A stretch of 64,000 nucleotides of DNA, from the IMG/VR virus record IMGVR_UViG_3300011434_000008, positions 5,770-69,769 of that record. One strand, written 5' to 3'. The notes below the pieces were generated by a model. It ran no database searches. It saw nothing but the letters and a program-made list of their open reading frames with translations, and was not told the origin of the DNA. The translations under genes were made by a program, and so were the position numbers. Shown one piece after another: positions 44,641 to 52,050 of the stretch; positions within the stretch are counted from its first letter, which is position 1, and each line of letters starts with the position of its first letter. Source of the DNA: a virus (lineage: Duplodnaviria; Caudoviricetes).

Positions 44641-45681
44641 CTAGTAGGCCCCGCCCTGCCAGTCATAGGGCCATGCAGGACCGACCGGCATGCCATACTT
44701 GTACGGACTTCCTCCCGTCAAACCCTGCGACGGGTAAAAACAAGCGTCTTCTCTCTCTCGATCTGCTGCGCGCAACGCCGTAACGATTGTCTCTTCCCAC
44801 TCCAGGTAGGTCTGGTTGGCGTTTCGGGTTCCTGCGTGTTGGTACGCCTTGGCAAGACACCCCTGTCGGAACAGATAAGCGTAGTCGTCGGGAATCGGAT
44901 CAATCAGTCCCGTGAGCGCTATCAGCTTCGGCGCTCGAACTTGGTAAACAGGCATGATCAACCAGCACAGGCCCGACTGCGCAGGCAAGGGAACTATGCG
45001 AACCGCGATACCGTTCGGGTCGGCTACTGTCCAGGTCACGGTGCCATCCACAACCGTTGTTCCCGCCGCCGTAGCCGCTGGGAGAACAGGCTGAACCGCG
45101 CCGCTCGTGCCGTAGGGGCTACCGGGTGCCACGAATCCTGTTTGTCCGATACCCGGCGAGTTGATCGACAAGGTAAGACTGGCACTGTTGATGTACAGGA
45201 TGTTGTTGTTGGCGTCCCTGAACTGCTGAATCGGTGAAGTAATCGTGGGTGATCCATACCCGCAAGGGTACACGGTATTCGCTTGCCACGTTCCCATGAT
45301 CGCTAGGGAGTTCGGAACCCAGGACAGATTGAAGGGGTTTCCTTGATAAGAGGTTTGAGCCAGATCTCGGACGGCTTCCATTCCGTTGACCGGCTTCGGA
45401 ACCGTCGAATTGTTGATATCCACTCTCCAGCCCTGCTCCATCCAACCCAGATTGGTGACGCTCGTCACATAGTCCTGCTGCAACGGGACCGTGAGAAACG
45501 ACGCAATGTTCGCCCGGTTGAACTTCCAATTCATGTTCTGGGCGAGGAACCGCTGCATGATGTCGTTCGCCATCGTCAGGAAAGGTTCCTGCGTGAATCC
45601 TGCCGCCGACGTGACCGGTTCCAACTCCGAAAATGACCGGAGATAGTTCACCACACTCTGTAAGGTGATTGTGGATGCCAT
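44641..45681 (-). CDS. head-tail adaptor-like protein, copy 2
   Basis: TL..VV.Y, AND..Q..L...WKFNR, QQDY, IPDDY..LF..G.LAKAY. Confidence 0.65.
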   Translation of the reverse strand: MASTITLQSVVNYLRSFSELEPVTSAAGFTQEPFLTMANDIMQRFLAQNMNWKFNRANIASFLTVPLQQDYVTSVTNLGWMEQGWRVDINNSTVPKPVNGMEAVRDLAQTSYQGNPFNLSWVPNSLAIMGTWQANTVYPCGYGSPTITSPIQQFRDANNNILYINSASLTLSINSPGIGQTGFVAPGSPYGTSGAVQPVLPAATAAGTTVVDGTVTWTVADPNGIAVRIVPLPAQSGLCWLIMPVYQVRAPKLIALTGLIDPIPDDYAYLFRQGCLAKAYQHAGTRNANQTYLEWEETIVTALRAADREREDACFYPSQGLTGGSPYKYGMPVGPAWPYDWQGGAY

Positions 45682-46676
45682 TATTGTAGACCTCTCGACG
45701 ACACACGCTGTTGCGTCTTCAGCGCTGAGTCCTGGTTACTCGACTGGAAGATCAGGCGCTCGCTCAAAAAGATGTTGACTTGGCTTTCCGATAAGCCACC
45801 GTGGAAGCTGACGAGCTGCTTCAAGAACATGTTCATCGTGAACGGCCACCGAGAATCCCCGAGGTACTCGTAGGCTTTCGCCAAAACTCCGGTACTGTAG
45901 AGATGGAACATGTAGTCCGGGAACGGACTCCAAGTGTCACTGGTAGCTGTGAACGACGGAGCAGCCTGCTGCCAAGTGAGCTTCAAGGAGTAAATCTTGT
46001 CGGGAGCCGGTAGTAATCGGAAGGTGACCGTACCGACCCCATCGTCCAACTGAGCTGCAATCTTGACGGGCAAATTTGTTTGTAAGTCTTCTCCTAAAGC
46101 CAGCGCGATTTCCAGTTCTTTCGATTCTCCGCCGTTTGCGAGGGTGGCCTTCTCAATCCAACCGAAGTTGGGGGCCGCAAAGACGCTGGCCGTTGCAACT
46201 CCGCCGACCTCGACGATGGGTCCTACGTTGGCGTTGTTGTAGGCCACTACCAAGACCGTCGCGGAACTTGCGATGACGGTGCCGGACGTTCCATTCAAAA
46301 ACAGAAGAGATGCGTGGGTGAATCCCGCGAAGTTTACGGTGGCTCCGAACACAGTTGTACCCCCGAAGCCCGCACTCGATAGAGTAAGGACGTTGGAGGT
46401 AATCTGAACTGTCGTCGGATTGGGGGCTGTCATGGTGACAGCGGAGGCGGTCGAGACCACGTAGTCCTGAGTTCCTACGACCGTGGTGATTGTAGTGGTC
46501 CCTCGGTTCCAGCGCCACGCGAAGGGAGGTGAGAGAAGAGTCTGACGGACCCAGTCGCCGATAGACAAAGCTGGGTCGCCAGTTCGTCCGCCAGCCGGGC
46601 CGGACGCGAAAGTAAGCGGTGCCAACCGAATGTACTGCGAAGCATATTGGAAGACTTCCGCAAGGGTGTGAGACAT
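45681..46676 (-). CDS. head-tail adaptor-like protein, copy 1
   Basis: TLAEV..Y, W.WNR, TQDY, PDK.Y.L, FPDY...LY..GVLAKAY. Confidence 0.65.
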   Translation of the reverse strand: MSHTLAEVFQYASQYIRLAPLTFASGPAGGRTGDPALSIGDWVRQTLLSPPFAWRWNRGTTTITTVVGTQDYVVSTASAVTMTAPNPTTVQITSNVLTLSSAGFGGTTVFGATVNFAGFTHASLLFLNGTSGTVIASSATVLVVAYNNANVGPIVEVGGVATASVFAAPNFGWIEKATLANGGESKELEIALALGEDLQTNLPVKIAAQLDDGVGTVTFRLLPAPDKIYSLKLTWQQAAPSFTATSDTWSPFPDYMFHLYSTGVLAKAYEYLGDSRWPFTMNMFLKQLVSFHGGLSESQVNIFLSERLIFQSSNQDSALKTQQRVSSRGLQ

Positions 46677-46702
46677 CGCTTATTCCTTTTTGAAAACGCA
46701 CA

Positions 46703-46834
46703 GGCCGGGCTTGATTCCGGCTCGGGTATCAGCGCGGCATAGCCTGGGGTCTTATGACGGCTGTCCGCTTCGTATTCCCACTCCCGGCCCCGACCCCCGT
46801 CAGGACCAGTGGTGTCCGTCCACCACGCCATGCC
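46703..46834 (-). ncRNA. candidate structured RNA (unassigned)
   Basis: Four nested helices plus a 7-bp pseudoknot-type pairing in a 160-nt intergenic gap. Confidence 0.4.
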
Positions 46835-46839
46835 TAAAC

Positions 46840-47427
46840 CTACGACGCCAGACGGCCCGCGCTCATCGCAGCCTTGGGGTCGTGAAACGTTCGGATACCA
46901 GCCGACGACATCCGATTTCCCGACTTCTGCCGGAAAATCTTTTGGATATTTACGTCGGGGTCGTCTGAGAAAATCTGAAGCTGACAGTTCGTGCAGATCC
47001 CAACCACAACGCCGGAATCCAACCGGTGCATCACAATCGAAGACAGTTGGCCGGTAAAATCGCTGTTTTCGCTGGAACCCTGCAGATGCGGACAGGTCGC
47101 CTGACTGGAAAGGATCTGAGCTTTCATGCGCTCGTTGACTACGCGCATCGACTCCCGCATTGCCTTCTCATTCTCAACATTGCGGGGATCAACGTAGGGT
47201 TTGCGGGCCTCGATGATGGCTTTCGCAAGTTCGGACATCCCCTCAGAAACAATCTTCTCGGATCGCTCGGTTGATGCGCCCACCGCAGCCGCTACAGCGG
47301 AACTGATCAGCTGTTGAAGATCCGCTCGACTGATCGAGAGGTTACCGGCACCATCGACCTTCGGTGAAGATTGGGGCTGGGAAGCTTTTGCCCCCAAGGG
47401 GTTCTGATTCTCGTTCGGTTCTGGCAT
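46840..47427 (-). CDS. hypothetical protein with C-terminal CPH/CxxC
   Basis: 195 aa, AAGGAG RBS. Confidence 0.65.
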   Translation of the reverse strand: MPEPNENQNPLGAKASQPQSSPKVDGAGNLSISRADLQQLISSAVAAAVGASTERSEKIVSEGMSELAKAIIEARKPYVDPRNVENEKAMRESMRVVNERMKAQILSSQATCPHLQGSSENSDFTGQLSSIVMHRLDSGVVVGICTNCQLQIFSDDPDVNIQKIFRQKSGNRMSSAGIRTFHDPKAAMSAGRLAS

Positions 47428-47475
47428 GTGATTCTCCTTGAACTGTGCCCAATCCGGGCAACCAGTCGATTGAAT

Positions 47476-48150
47476 TTACTTTCGGTTTCGGAATGCGTAC
47501 AACTGACGATACCAAACGATGCTGGCTTCTCCTCGGGCGGACCCGAACTCACGGTCGCATCGCTCTTCAGACATCAGGCCCAATTTGATCAGACGGAGCA
47601 AAACCGTCCGCCATCCGCGCTTGCTCTCGCGAATAGGAACGTCGCGTTCATCGAACTCGTACTGGGAAAACTCCGGCATCAGACCCGTGGGGATGTAGAA
47701 CAGGTACTTGAAATCTCGCCCGTCGAGATCCGGCTGAGGACACGGGAAGGTTTGAAAAACGGCGAGATCTCCGATGATCCGGCCATCCATGATATACAGA
47801 CTGCGGACCAGCTTACGAAGCTTTCGCAGCAAATCTGAATGATGGAGCGGCGTCCCGATCCGCGCCACGTCATTTTCATAGTCTTCTTGGTTTGCCCAAC
47901 GCTGTCTCTTCGTAGCGTGAGAACTGTAGTTCAACTCTTTGAGCCGGGCGGTGTGTTCAGAAGTCGAGAGTCGCGGGGACGACGCACATTCCGTGCATTG
48001 GTCCTTTCGTCCGTCTCGATACGAGGAATCCTTCTGAAAGAATTTGTACCCAAGAATCCTCACGCAGCAGCAACATTCTTTACCGAGGAGATCCGAACTT
48101 TCAACAACCTCTCGGTCAATGGAATTCGAAGCTTGATTTAGGTCGTGCAT
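47476..48150 (-). CDS. hypothetical protein with N-terminal Zn-finger-like Cys cluster
   Basis: KECCCC...F.KD...DG...CTEC; GAGGA RBS. Confidence 0.6.
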   Translation of the reverse strand: MHDLNQASNSIDREVVESSDLLGKECCCCVRILGYKFFQKDSSYRDGRKDQCTECASSPRLSTSEHTARLKELNYSSHATKRQRWANQEDYENDVARIGTPLHHSDLLRKLRKLVRSLYIMDGRIIGDLAVFQTFPCPQPDLDGRDFKYLFYIPTGLMPEFSQYEFDERDVPIRESKRGWRTVLLRLIKLGLMSEERCDREFGSARGEASIVWYRQLYAFRNRK

Positions 48151-48183
48151 GTCTGTTCCTCTTTCGCAGGAAATAATTTCAAA

Positions 48184-48258
48184 TGGCTGTGGGAGAAGGA
48201 TTCGAACCTTCGATGGCTTGATTAACAGTCAAGTGCCTTACCACTTGGCTACCCCACA
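48184..48258 (-). tRNA. tRNA-Asn(GTT)
   Basis: Cloverleaf: TGTGGGG/TCCCACA acceptor, CTTGA-CTGTTAA-TCAAG anticodon arm, TTCGAAT T-loop, G73, encoded CCA; 75 nt. Confidence 0.92.
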
Positions 48259-48641
48259 TCGGGTTTTCTACGTCTAGCGGCCCGAGCCTCTTTCCTTCCG
48301 GGAACCGCCATGTACCGTTGCTTCTCAACTCTCCACTTGTCTCTTGCCGAAGCGTGAATCTTATTTGTCTTAGTTGCGGCTCCGCTGTTGCACGACAAGT
48401 GGCTGTAGGCGATGTTCTCTACTGAGAAAAACACCGCAACAGGATCAGGAGCCGACTGCCAAGGCGTTTTGTGCTCCAACGACAGATACTGTTCAGTCTC
48501 GATCAATCGGTTACAGCGAAAGCAAACATTGAGATTGAACTTCTGGAGCAAAGAAAACAGAACCATCTTTCTAAGTCGATTAGACGCCGTACCGTGAGGC
48601 ATACCTAATAGACGATCCTTCACTTCGTTGCTTTTTGACAT
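48249..48641 (-). CDS. HNH endonuclease
   Basis: ATG at 48641 after GGAGG; CFRC, SLEHK, ENIAYSHLSCN. Stop codon lies inside tRNA-Asn. Confidence 0.75.
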   Translation of the reverse strand: MSKSNEVKDRLLGMPHGTASNRLRKMVLFSLLQKFNLNVCFRCNRLIETEQYLSLEHKTPWQSAPDPVAVFFSVENIAYSHLSCNSGAATKTNKIHASARDKWRVEKQRYMAVPGRKEARAARRRKPDVG

Positions 48642-48657
48642 TGGACCTCCGTCCTTA

Positions 48658-48692
48658 TCAAAGCAGAGAGGAGAGGTGTTTAACCCCTCCCC
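48658..48692 (-). terminator. terminator-like hairpin
   Basis: GGGGAGGGGT-TAAAC-ACCTCTCCTC 10-bp stem followed by a weak TCTGCTTTG tail. Confidence 0.4.
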
Positions 48693-48706
48693 CATGTGGA
48701 TCAAGC

Positions 48707-49405
48707 TTAGATCAGTTCGAGCGAGAATTCCGTGAACTGAGCGGTACTGGCAGCCGCGTTTCCGAAGGTGATGAACGGAACGAAACTCAGAGCTGCTACC
48801 GTCAAAGCAGGAGCGGCAACGGTGCTCTGAATTACGTCGCTGACAACCTGGATGGTAGGAGTCGGCAGGAACGTGATCGTGGCGCTGTGACGGCTGGCCA
48901 GATTCCCGTTCGCACCGCTACCGAGGGTCCACAGGCACTCGGCCACGACAGTCCAGGCGAAAGCACCTCCAGCCACAGCCGCGAGGGCTGCTCCCGAGGT
49001 CGCAATCAGGACGTTGGACCCGATGACCGAAGAAGTTCCGAGGGTCAGAGAAGCCAAAACGGACTGAGCAGCGTTGGCTCCGGCGACACCCGTACCGGAA
49101 ATCCGGACTCGGAACGGCACCCCGTCAAACGAAGTGCTGCTGAAGTACGGAGTCTGTCCGCCGCGAGGCGTACCAAACAACCGTCCGTAAGCGGGACCGA
49201 GGATCGCACTGTTTTCGTTTGGCGACAGGGGGTTGAAAGCTCCCAAGATCGCCGACTGCAGCGGAACACTGAGAACGGCAGTGGCACCAACACCGTTATC
49301 GGTATTGACCGTAGCCGCTCTTGCTGTAGTCGAAGCCACAGCTTGGGCTGCCAACTGATTTCGACCGGTGCCCGACCGGAATGCTAGGATTGTGTTTGCG
49401 TTCAT
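48707..49405 (-). CDS. Ala/Gly/Thr-rich putative virion protein
   Basis: 232 aa, GGAG RBS, beta-rich composition. Confidence 0.6.
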   Translation of the reverse strand: MNANTILAFRSGTGRNQLAAQAVASTTARAATVNTDNGVGATAVLSVPLQSAILGAFNPLSPNENSAILGPAYGRLFGTPRGGQTPYFSSTSFDGVPFRVRISGTGVAGANAAQSVLASLTLGTSSVIGSNVLIATSGAALAAVAGGAFAWTVVAECLWTLGSGANGNLASRHSATITFLPTPTIQVVSDVIQSTVAAPALTVAALSFVPFITFGNAAASTAQFTEFSLELI

Positions 49406-49479
49406 GACGTATCTCCATATACTACGTTGTGGTGTTTGAGCGTGAACTTCGTAGACCCTTGCGCGGGCACTGGGGGAAC

Positions 49480-50079
49480 TTATTCGGGTTTGAAGATCGG
49501 CTCTGCTTTCAGCTCACCGTCTTCGATGTAGACCGCAGCGACGCCACCGGGAAGAACCTTCGTTGAGGATTTATCCTTATTGAACAGGTCCCCGGCCTCG
49601 CGTATGACGCTGGAGTGAGCAACCAAGAGCGTCGGCGTCCCGCTCCTCAAGGCCCACCTCACCGCGTCTACAAGCATCGGTCTAACTCGTCCTCGAAACT
49701 CGTTGAACGACTCTCCACCAGGGAAAGGTTCGTCCGGATTTTCTGCGTGACAGCTGACTATCTGTTTATTCTCGGGAGTCTTCTTTTGCCCGCCGAGATC
49801 TCCGACATCCAAGTCCTGGAGGTTCCCGTTACCGTGGTACGGAAGACCTACCTTGGCCTTGTTAATTATCATGGCCGTGTGACGACTGCGCTTCTTCGGT
49901 GAAAAGAATATGGAGCCTAGCTCGATGGGCTCAAAATAAAACGACAGCGCGTGAGCATCCCGCCAGCCACTCCCATTCAGATCCGGATCGAGATGACCTT
50001 TGAAACAGTTGCTCTCGTTGAGATCCGTCATCCCGTGCCGGGCGAGGTACACTAAAATCTCATTAGGCTTTTGCACCAT
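49480..50079 (-). CDS. histidine phosphatase family protein
   Basis: VYLARHG, SP..R...TA, GGES...F..RV, LLVAHS. Start placed at the ATG at 50079 by RBS spacing. Confidence 0.88.
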   Translation of the reverse strand: MVQKPNEILVYLARHGMTDLNESNCFKGHLDPDLNGSGWRDAHALSFYFEPIELGSIFFSPKKRSRHTAMIINKAKVGLPYHGNGNLQDLDVGDLGGQKKTPENKQIVSCHAENPDEPFPGGESFNEFRGRVRPMLVDAVRWALRSGTPTLLVAHSSVIREAGDLFNKDKSSTKVLPGGVAAVYIEDGELKAEPIFKPE

Positions 50080-50344
50080 GATCATCTCCGTCCAGATCAC
50101 CCTCAATGGCTGACTCCACGACGGCGATGACTTCTTGCTCGGCCTGCTCTTCTTTCTCGATCTCTCGGACAAACAAAATCAGCTCGGGGTGCTCGGCCTG
50201 TTTGTAGCCCTTCTTTCGCATGAGACGGATGGCGGCTTTTCGCCACTCATACGAAGCTGATTCGTTTCGAGCCACGTCGAGCAGAATGCTTGCTGGCAGG
50301 GGATCGAGTGTTTCGTTGATGTCTGGTTTGGTGTTGAGTATCAT
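50063..50344 (-). CDS. hypothetical protein
   Basis: ATG at 50344 shortly after tRNA-Trp; 93 aa. Confidence 0.55.
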   Translation of the reverse strand: MILNTKPDINETLDPLPASILLDVARNESASYEWRKAAIRLMRKKGYKQAEHPELILFVREIEKEEQAEQEVIAVVESAIEGDLDGDDHGAKA

Positions 50345-50368
50345 CCTATCCTCGGAGTAAAACAAAAT

Positions 50369-50445
50369 TGGCAGACCGACTCGGATTCGAACCGAGAACT
50401 CCTGATTTGGAGGCAGGCGTTTTATCCGGTTGCTACTACCAGTCT
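50369..50445 (-). tRNA. tRNA-Trp(CCA), atypical D arm
   Basis: AGACTGG/TCGGTCT acceptor, CTCCAAA loop, canonical T arm, G73, CCA. C31-T39 mismatch and weak D stem. Confidence 0.75.
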
Positions 50446-50446
50446 G

Positions 50447-50522
50447 TGGTGGACGAAGAGAGAATCGAACTCTCGGCCTCCGCATTGCAGGTGCGGCGCT
50501 CTCCCGGCTGAGCTACTCGCCC
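50447..50522 (-). tRNA. tRNA-Ala(TGC)
   Basis: Full cloverleaf with the G3-U70 identity pair, A73 and CCA; loop CCTGCAA. Confidence 0.92.
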
Positions 50523-50815
50523 TTTTCCCGTTGATTGATGATAGCCGTGACATCGGAAACTTTCTTGATCGCGCCTGCCGCGATGCCCAGGCACTGACCA
50601 TCTTTCGAGATAAAGCACTCGCCCGCTTCGTTGAACTCGACCTTGTGTCCGTTGAACTCAGCGGACGTAAAGTTGGGCTCCACAACGGACTCGTCCGGAT
50701 CAACAAAAGGGTCGAAGAGTTCCGGCTCCGGGTGCGTTTCAAGAATCGTTTCGACTTCCGCAGCAACTTCCGTCTCGGCCTCAACTTTCACTTCTGAATT
50801 CGTTTCGTCTGACAT
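50513..50815 (-). CDS. acidic hypothetical protein
   Basis: GGAGG RBS; 100 aa with a Glu-rich N-terminus. Stop codon lies inside tRNA-Ala. Confidence 0.65.
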   Translation of the reverse strand: MSDETNSEVKVEAETEVAAEVETILETHPEPELFDPFVDPDESVVEPNFTSAEFNGHKVEFNEAGECFISKDGQCLGIAAGAIKKVSDVTAIINQREKGE

Positions 50816-50837
50816 GATATCCTCCGTGTGAATTAGT

Positions 50838-50914
50838 TGGAGCCGCCCGAGGGACTCGAACCCCCAACCATCGGTTTACAAAACCGCTGCTCTACCCTTT
50901 GGAGCTACGGCGGC
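50838..50914 (-). tRNA. tRNA-Thr(TGT)
   Basis: GCCGCCG acceptor strand, GCTC/GAGC D stem, TTTGTAA loop, T arm, CCA. G7-G66 and G27-A43 mismatches. Confidence 0.88.
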
Positions 50915-51259
50915 GGAATTCTTCTTGCGACCGATCATGATCGTCTTGCGTCCGTGATATCCGAACAAGTAGTTGACGGTGTCCTGGGCGCTCTGATGGA
51001 CGTGCAGCAACCAGGGAAGATCGTACCTGAGCGGCATACTAAGCGCCGCGTTGCCGAAAGAATCGAGCATAGAAAGAATAACGGCAACCCGCTTGTCGTT
51101 GACAGCGGTAGGCAGAGGATCTGGATCTGGACGATGCCGCGCTTCATTGTTTCTACCACATCTCTGACATTCGAACATCGTGATGTGCTGGCCTTCGTCC
51201 GCAAATCCCGCAACCTCTCCGCAATATCGGCACTGAGCTTTTGAGCATTCGACATTCAT
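50876..51259 (-). CDS. possible Zn-finger protein between two tRNAs
   Basis: ATG 3 nt after the tRNA-Tyr CCA; CRYC...CQRC; ends inside tRNA-Thr; no RBS. Confidence 0.4.
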   Translation of the reverse strand: MNVECSKAQCRYCGEVAGFADEGQHITMFECQRCGRNNEARHRPDPDPLPTAVNDKRVAVILSMLDSFGNAALSMPLRYDLPWLLHVHQSAQDTVNYLFGYHGRKTIMIGRKKNSAAVAPKGRAAVL

Positions 51260-51262
51260 AAA

Positions 51263-51352
51263 TGGTGTAGGGGGCAGGATTCGAACCTGCGTAATCCACC
51301 AAGGGATGTCGGTTTTACAGACCGGTGCGTTTAGCCGCTCTGCCACCCCTAC
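51263..51352 (-). tRNA. tRNA-Tyr(GTA)
   Basis: GTAGGGG/CCCCTAC acceptor, CTGTAAA loop, long variable arm, A73, CCA; 90 nt. Confidence 0.92.
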
Positions 51353-51414
51353 GAGTTTACTTCCCAGACGAGTTCACAAGTCAGACTTGTCAACTTTTCT
51401 GGCGAATAAACTCG

Positions 51415-51448
51415 ACAAAAATCCAGGAGGGGTTTGACCCCCTCCCGG
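51415..51448 (-). terminator. intrinsic terminator
   Basis: CCGGGAGGGG-GTCAAA-CCCCTCCTGG followed by ATTTTTGT, downstream of the FN3-like gene. Confidence 0.75.
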
Positions 51449-51480
51449 AAGAATCACGAAACGAGACGGAGGTTGACTCT

Positions 51481-51786
51481 TTACGACACCGACAGATTTG
51501 TGGGAGCGGGCGGCGTATTGTCAATCACCACCTGAACCACTTCTGTCGAAGGCGTAGAGGCCCCGCCGTTTTTCACTGCGCTCACTCGATAGAATTCGGA
51601 CACCGCGCCCGCTGAAAACGTCTTTGATCGGGCGTTCGCAAACACTGACTGAAAGGAATTCCACGGACCCGCCGCTGAAGGACCCGATTCGACTAAGAAA
51701 CTGTCGATCAAAACCTCGTCGGCTGCCGGGTAGTCCCAGGTCAGCAATACACTTTGTCCCGTTCGTTTCGTTATGGAAGTCGCCAT
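51481..51786 (-). CDS. fibronectin type III/Ig-like protein, possible capsid decoration
   Basis: VLLTWD.P, FYRVSAV, PPAPTNL; AGGAG RBS; directly downstream of the capsid gene. Confidence 0.7.
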   Translation of the reverse strand: MATSITKRTGQSVLLTWDYPAADEVLIDSFLVESGPSAAGPWNSFQSVFANARSKTFSAGAVSEFYRVSAVKNGGASTPSTEVVQVVIDNTPPAPTNLSVS

Positions 51787-51820
51787 TTTGTTTTTCTCCT
51801 GGAGGTTAAGAGTGCAATTG

Positions 51821-52046
51821 AAAAAAAATTCAGGGGACGCCCGTTCCTCTAAGCCGTATGTGTGGTCGCGAGCCACCAGCGCCGGTTCATCTAGTCCCCC
51901 GAAGGGTTGTAAATTCTGAGCGTCCCACCAATCCGGCAGGACGCCCTGGGAGAGTTTGCGATTAGAAAGATCCGATGTACCAGGACAGCCGCTAGGCTTC
52001 AGCCGACGTTGGGAGATCCAATCCGAATCTCCCTCGGTCCGCCGAG
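51821..52046 (-). ncRNA. candidate structured 3' UTR/attenuator downstream of the capsid gene
   Basis: Three GGA-loop hairpins, a UUCG hairpin, and a GGGGAC/GTCCCC stem ahead of a U8 tract. Confidence 0.45.
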
Positions 52047-52050
52047 AAGC

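Noticed and set aside
46760-46800. Resemblance to SRP RNA domain IV (GGGTCGGGGCCGGGAG...AAGCGG)
   Set aside because: The invariant CAGG and AGCAG words and the GNRA tetraloop geometry are not preserved.
46703-46810. Canonical twister or HDV-like ribozyme
   Set aside because: The twister GAGGG strand and the T1 partner for AATC are absent; HDV P1.1, L3 and the catalytic C context were not found. Kept only as an unassigned structured RNA.
48150-51262. tRNA-associated theta ribozymes
   Set aside because: All five tRNAs encode CCA and are followed by short AT-rich spacers or another gene, with no HDV-like fold.
48184-51352. tRNAs as a prophage attachment site or host-phage boundary
   Set aside because: Phage genes continue on both sides, no integrase is present, and I saw no duplicated tRNA 3' end.
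51915-51965. c-di-GMP-I riboswitch-like words GCAAAC...GGGACGC
   Set aside because: The GNRA loop, the GCAAAG continuation and the second stem do not follow.
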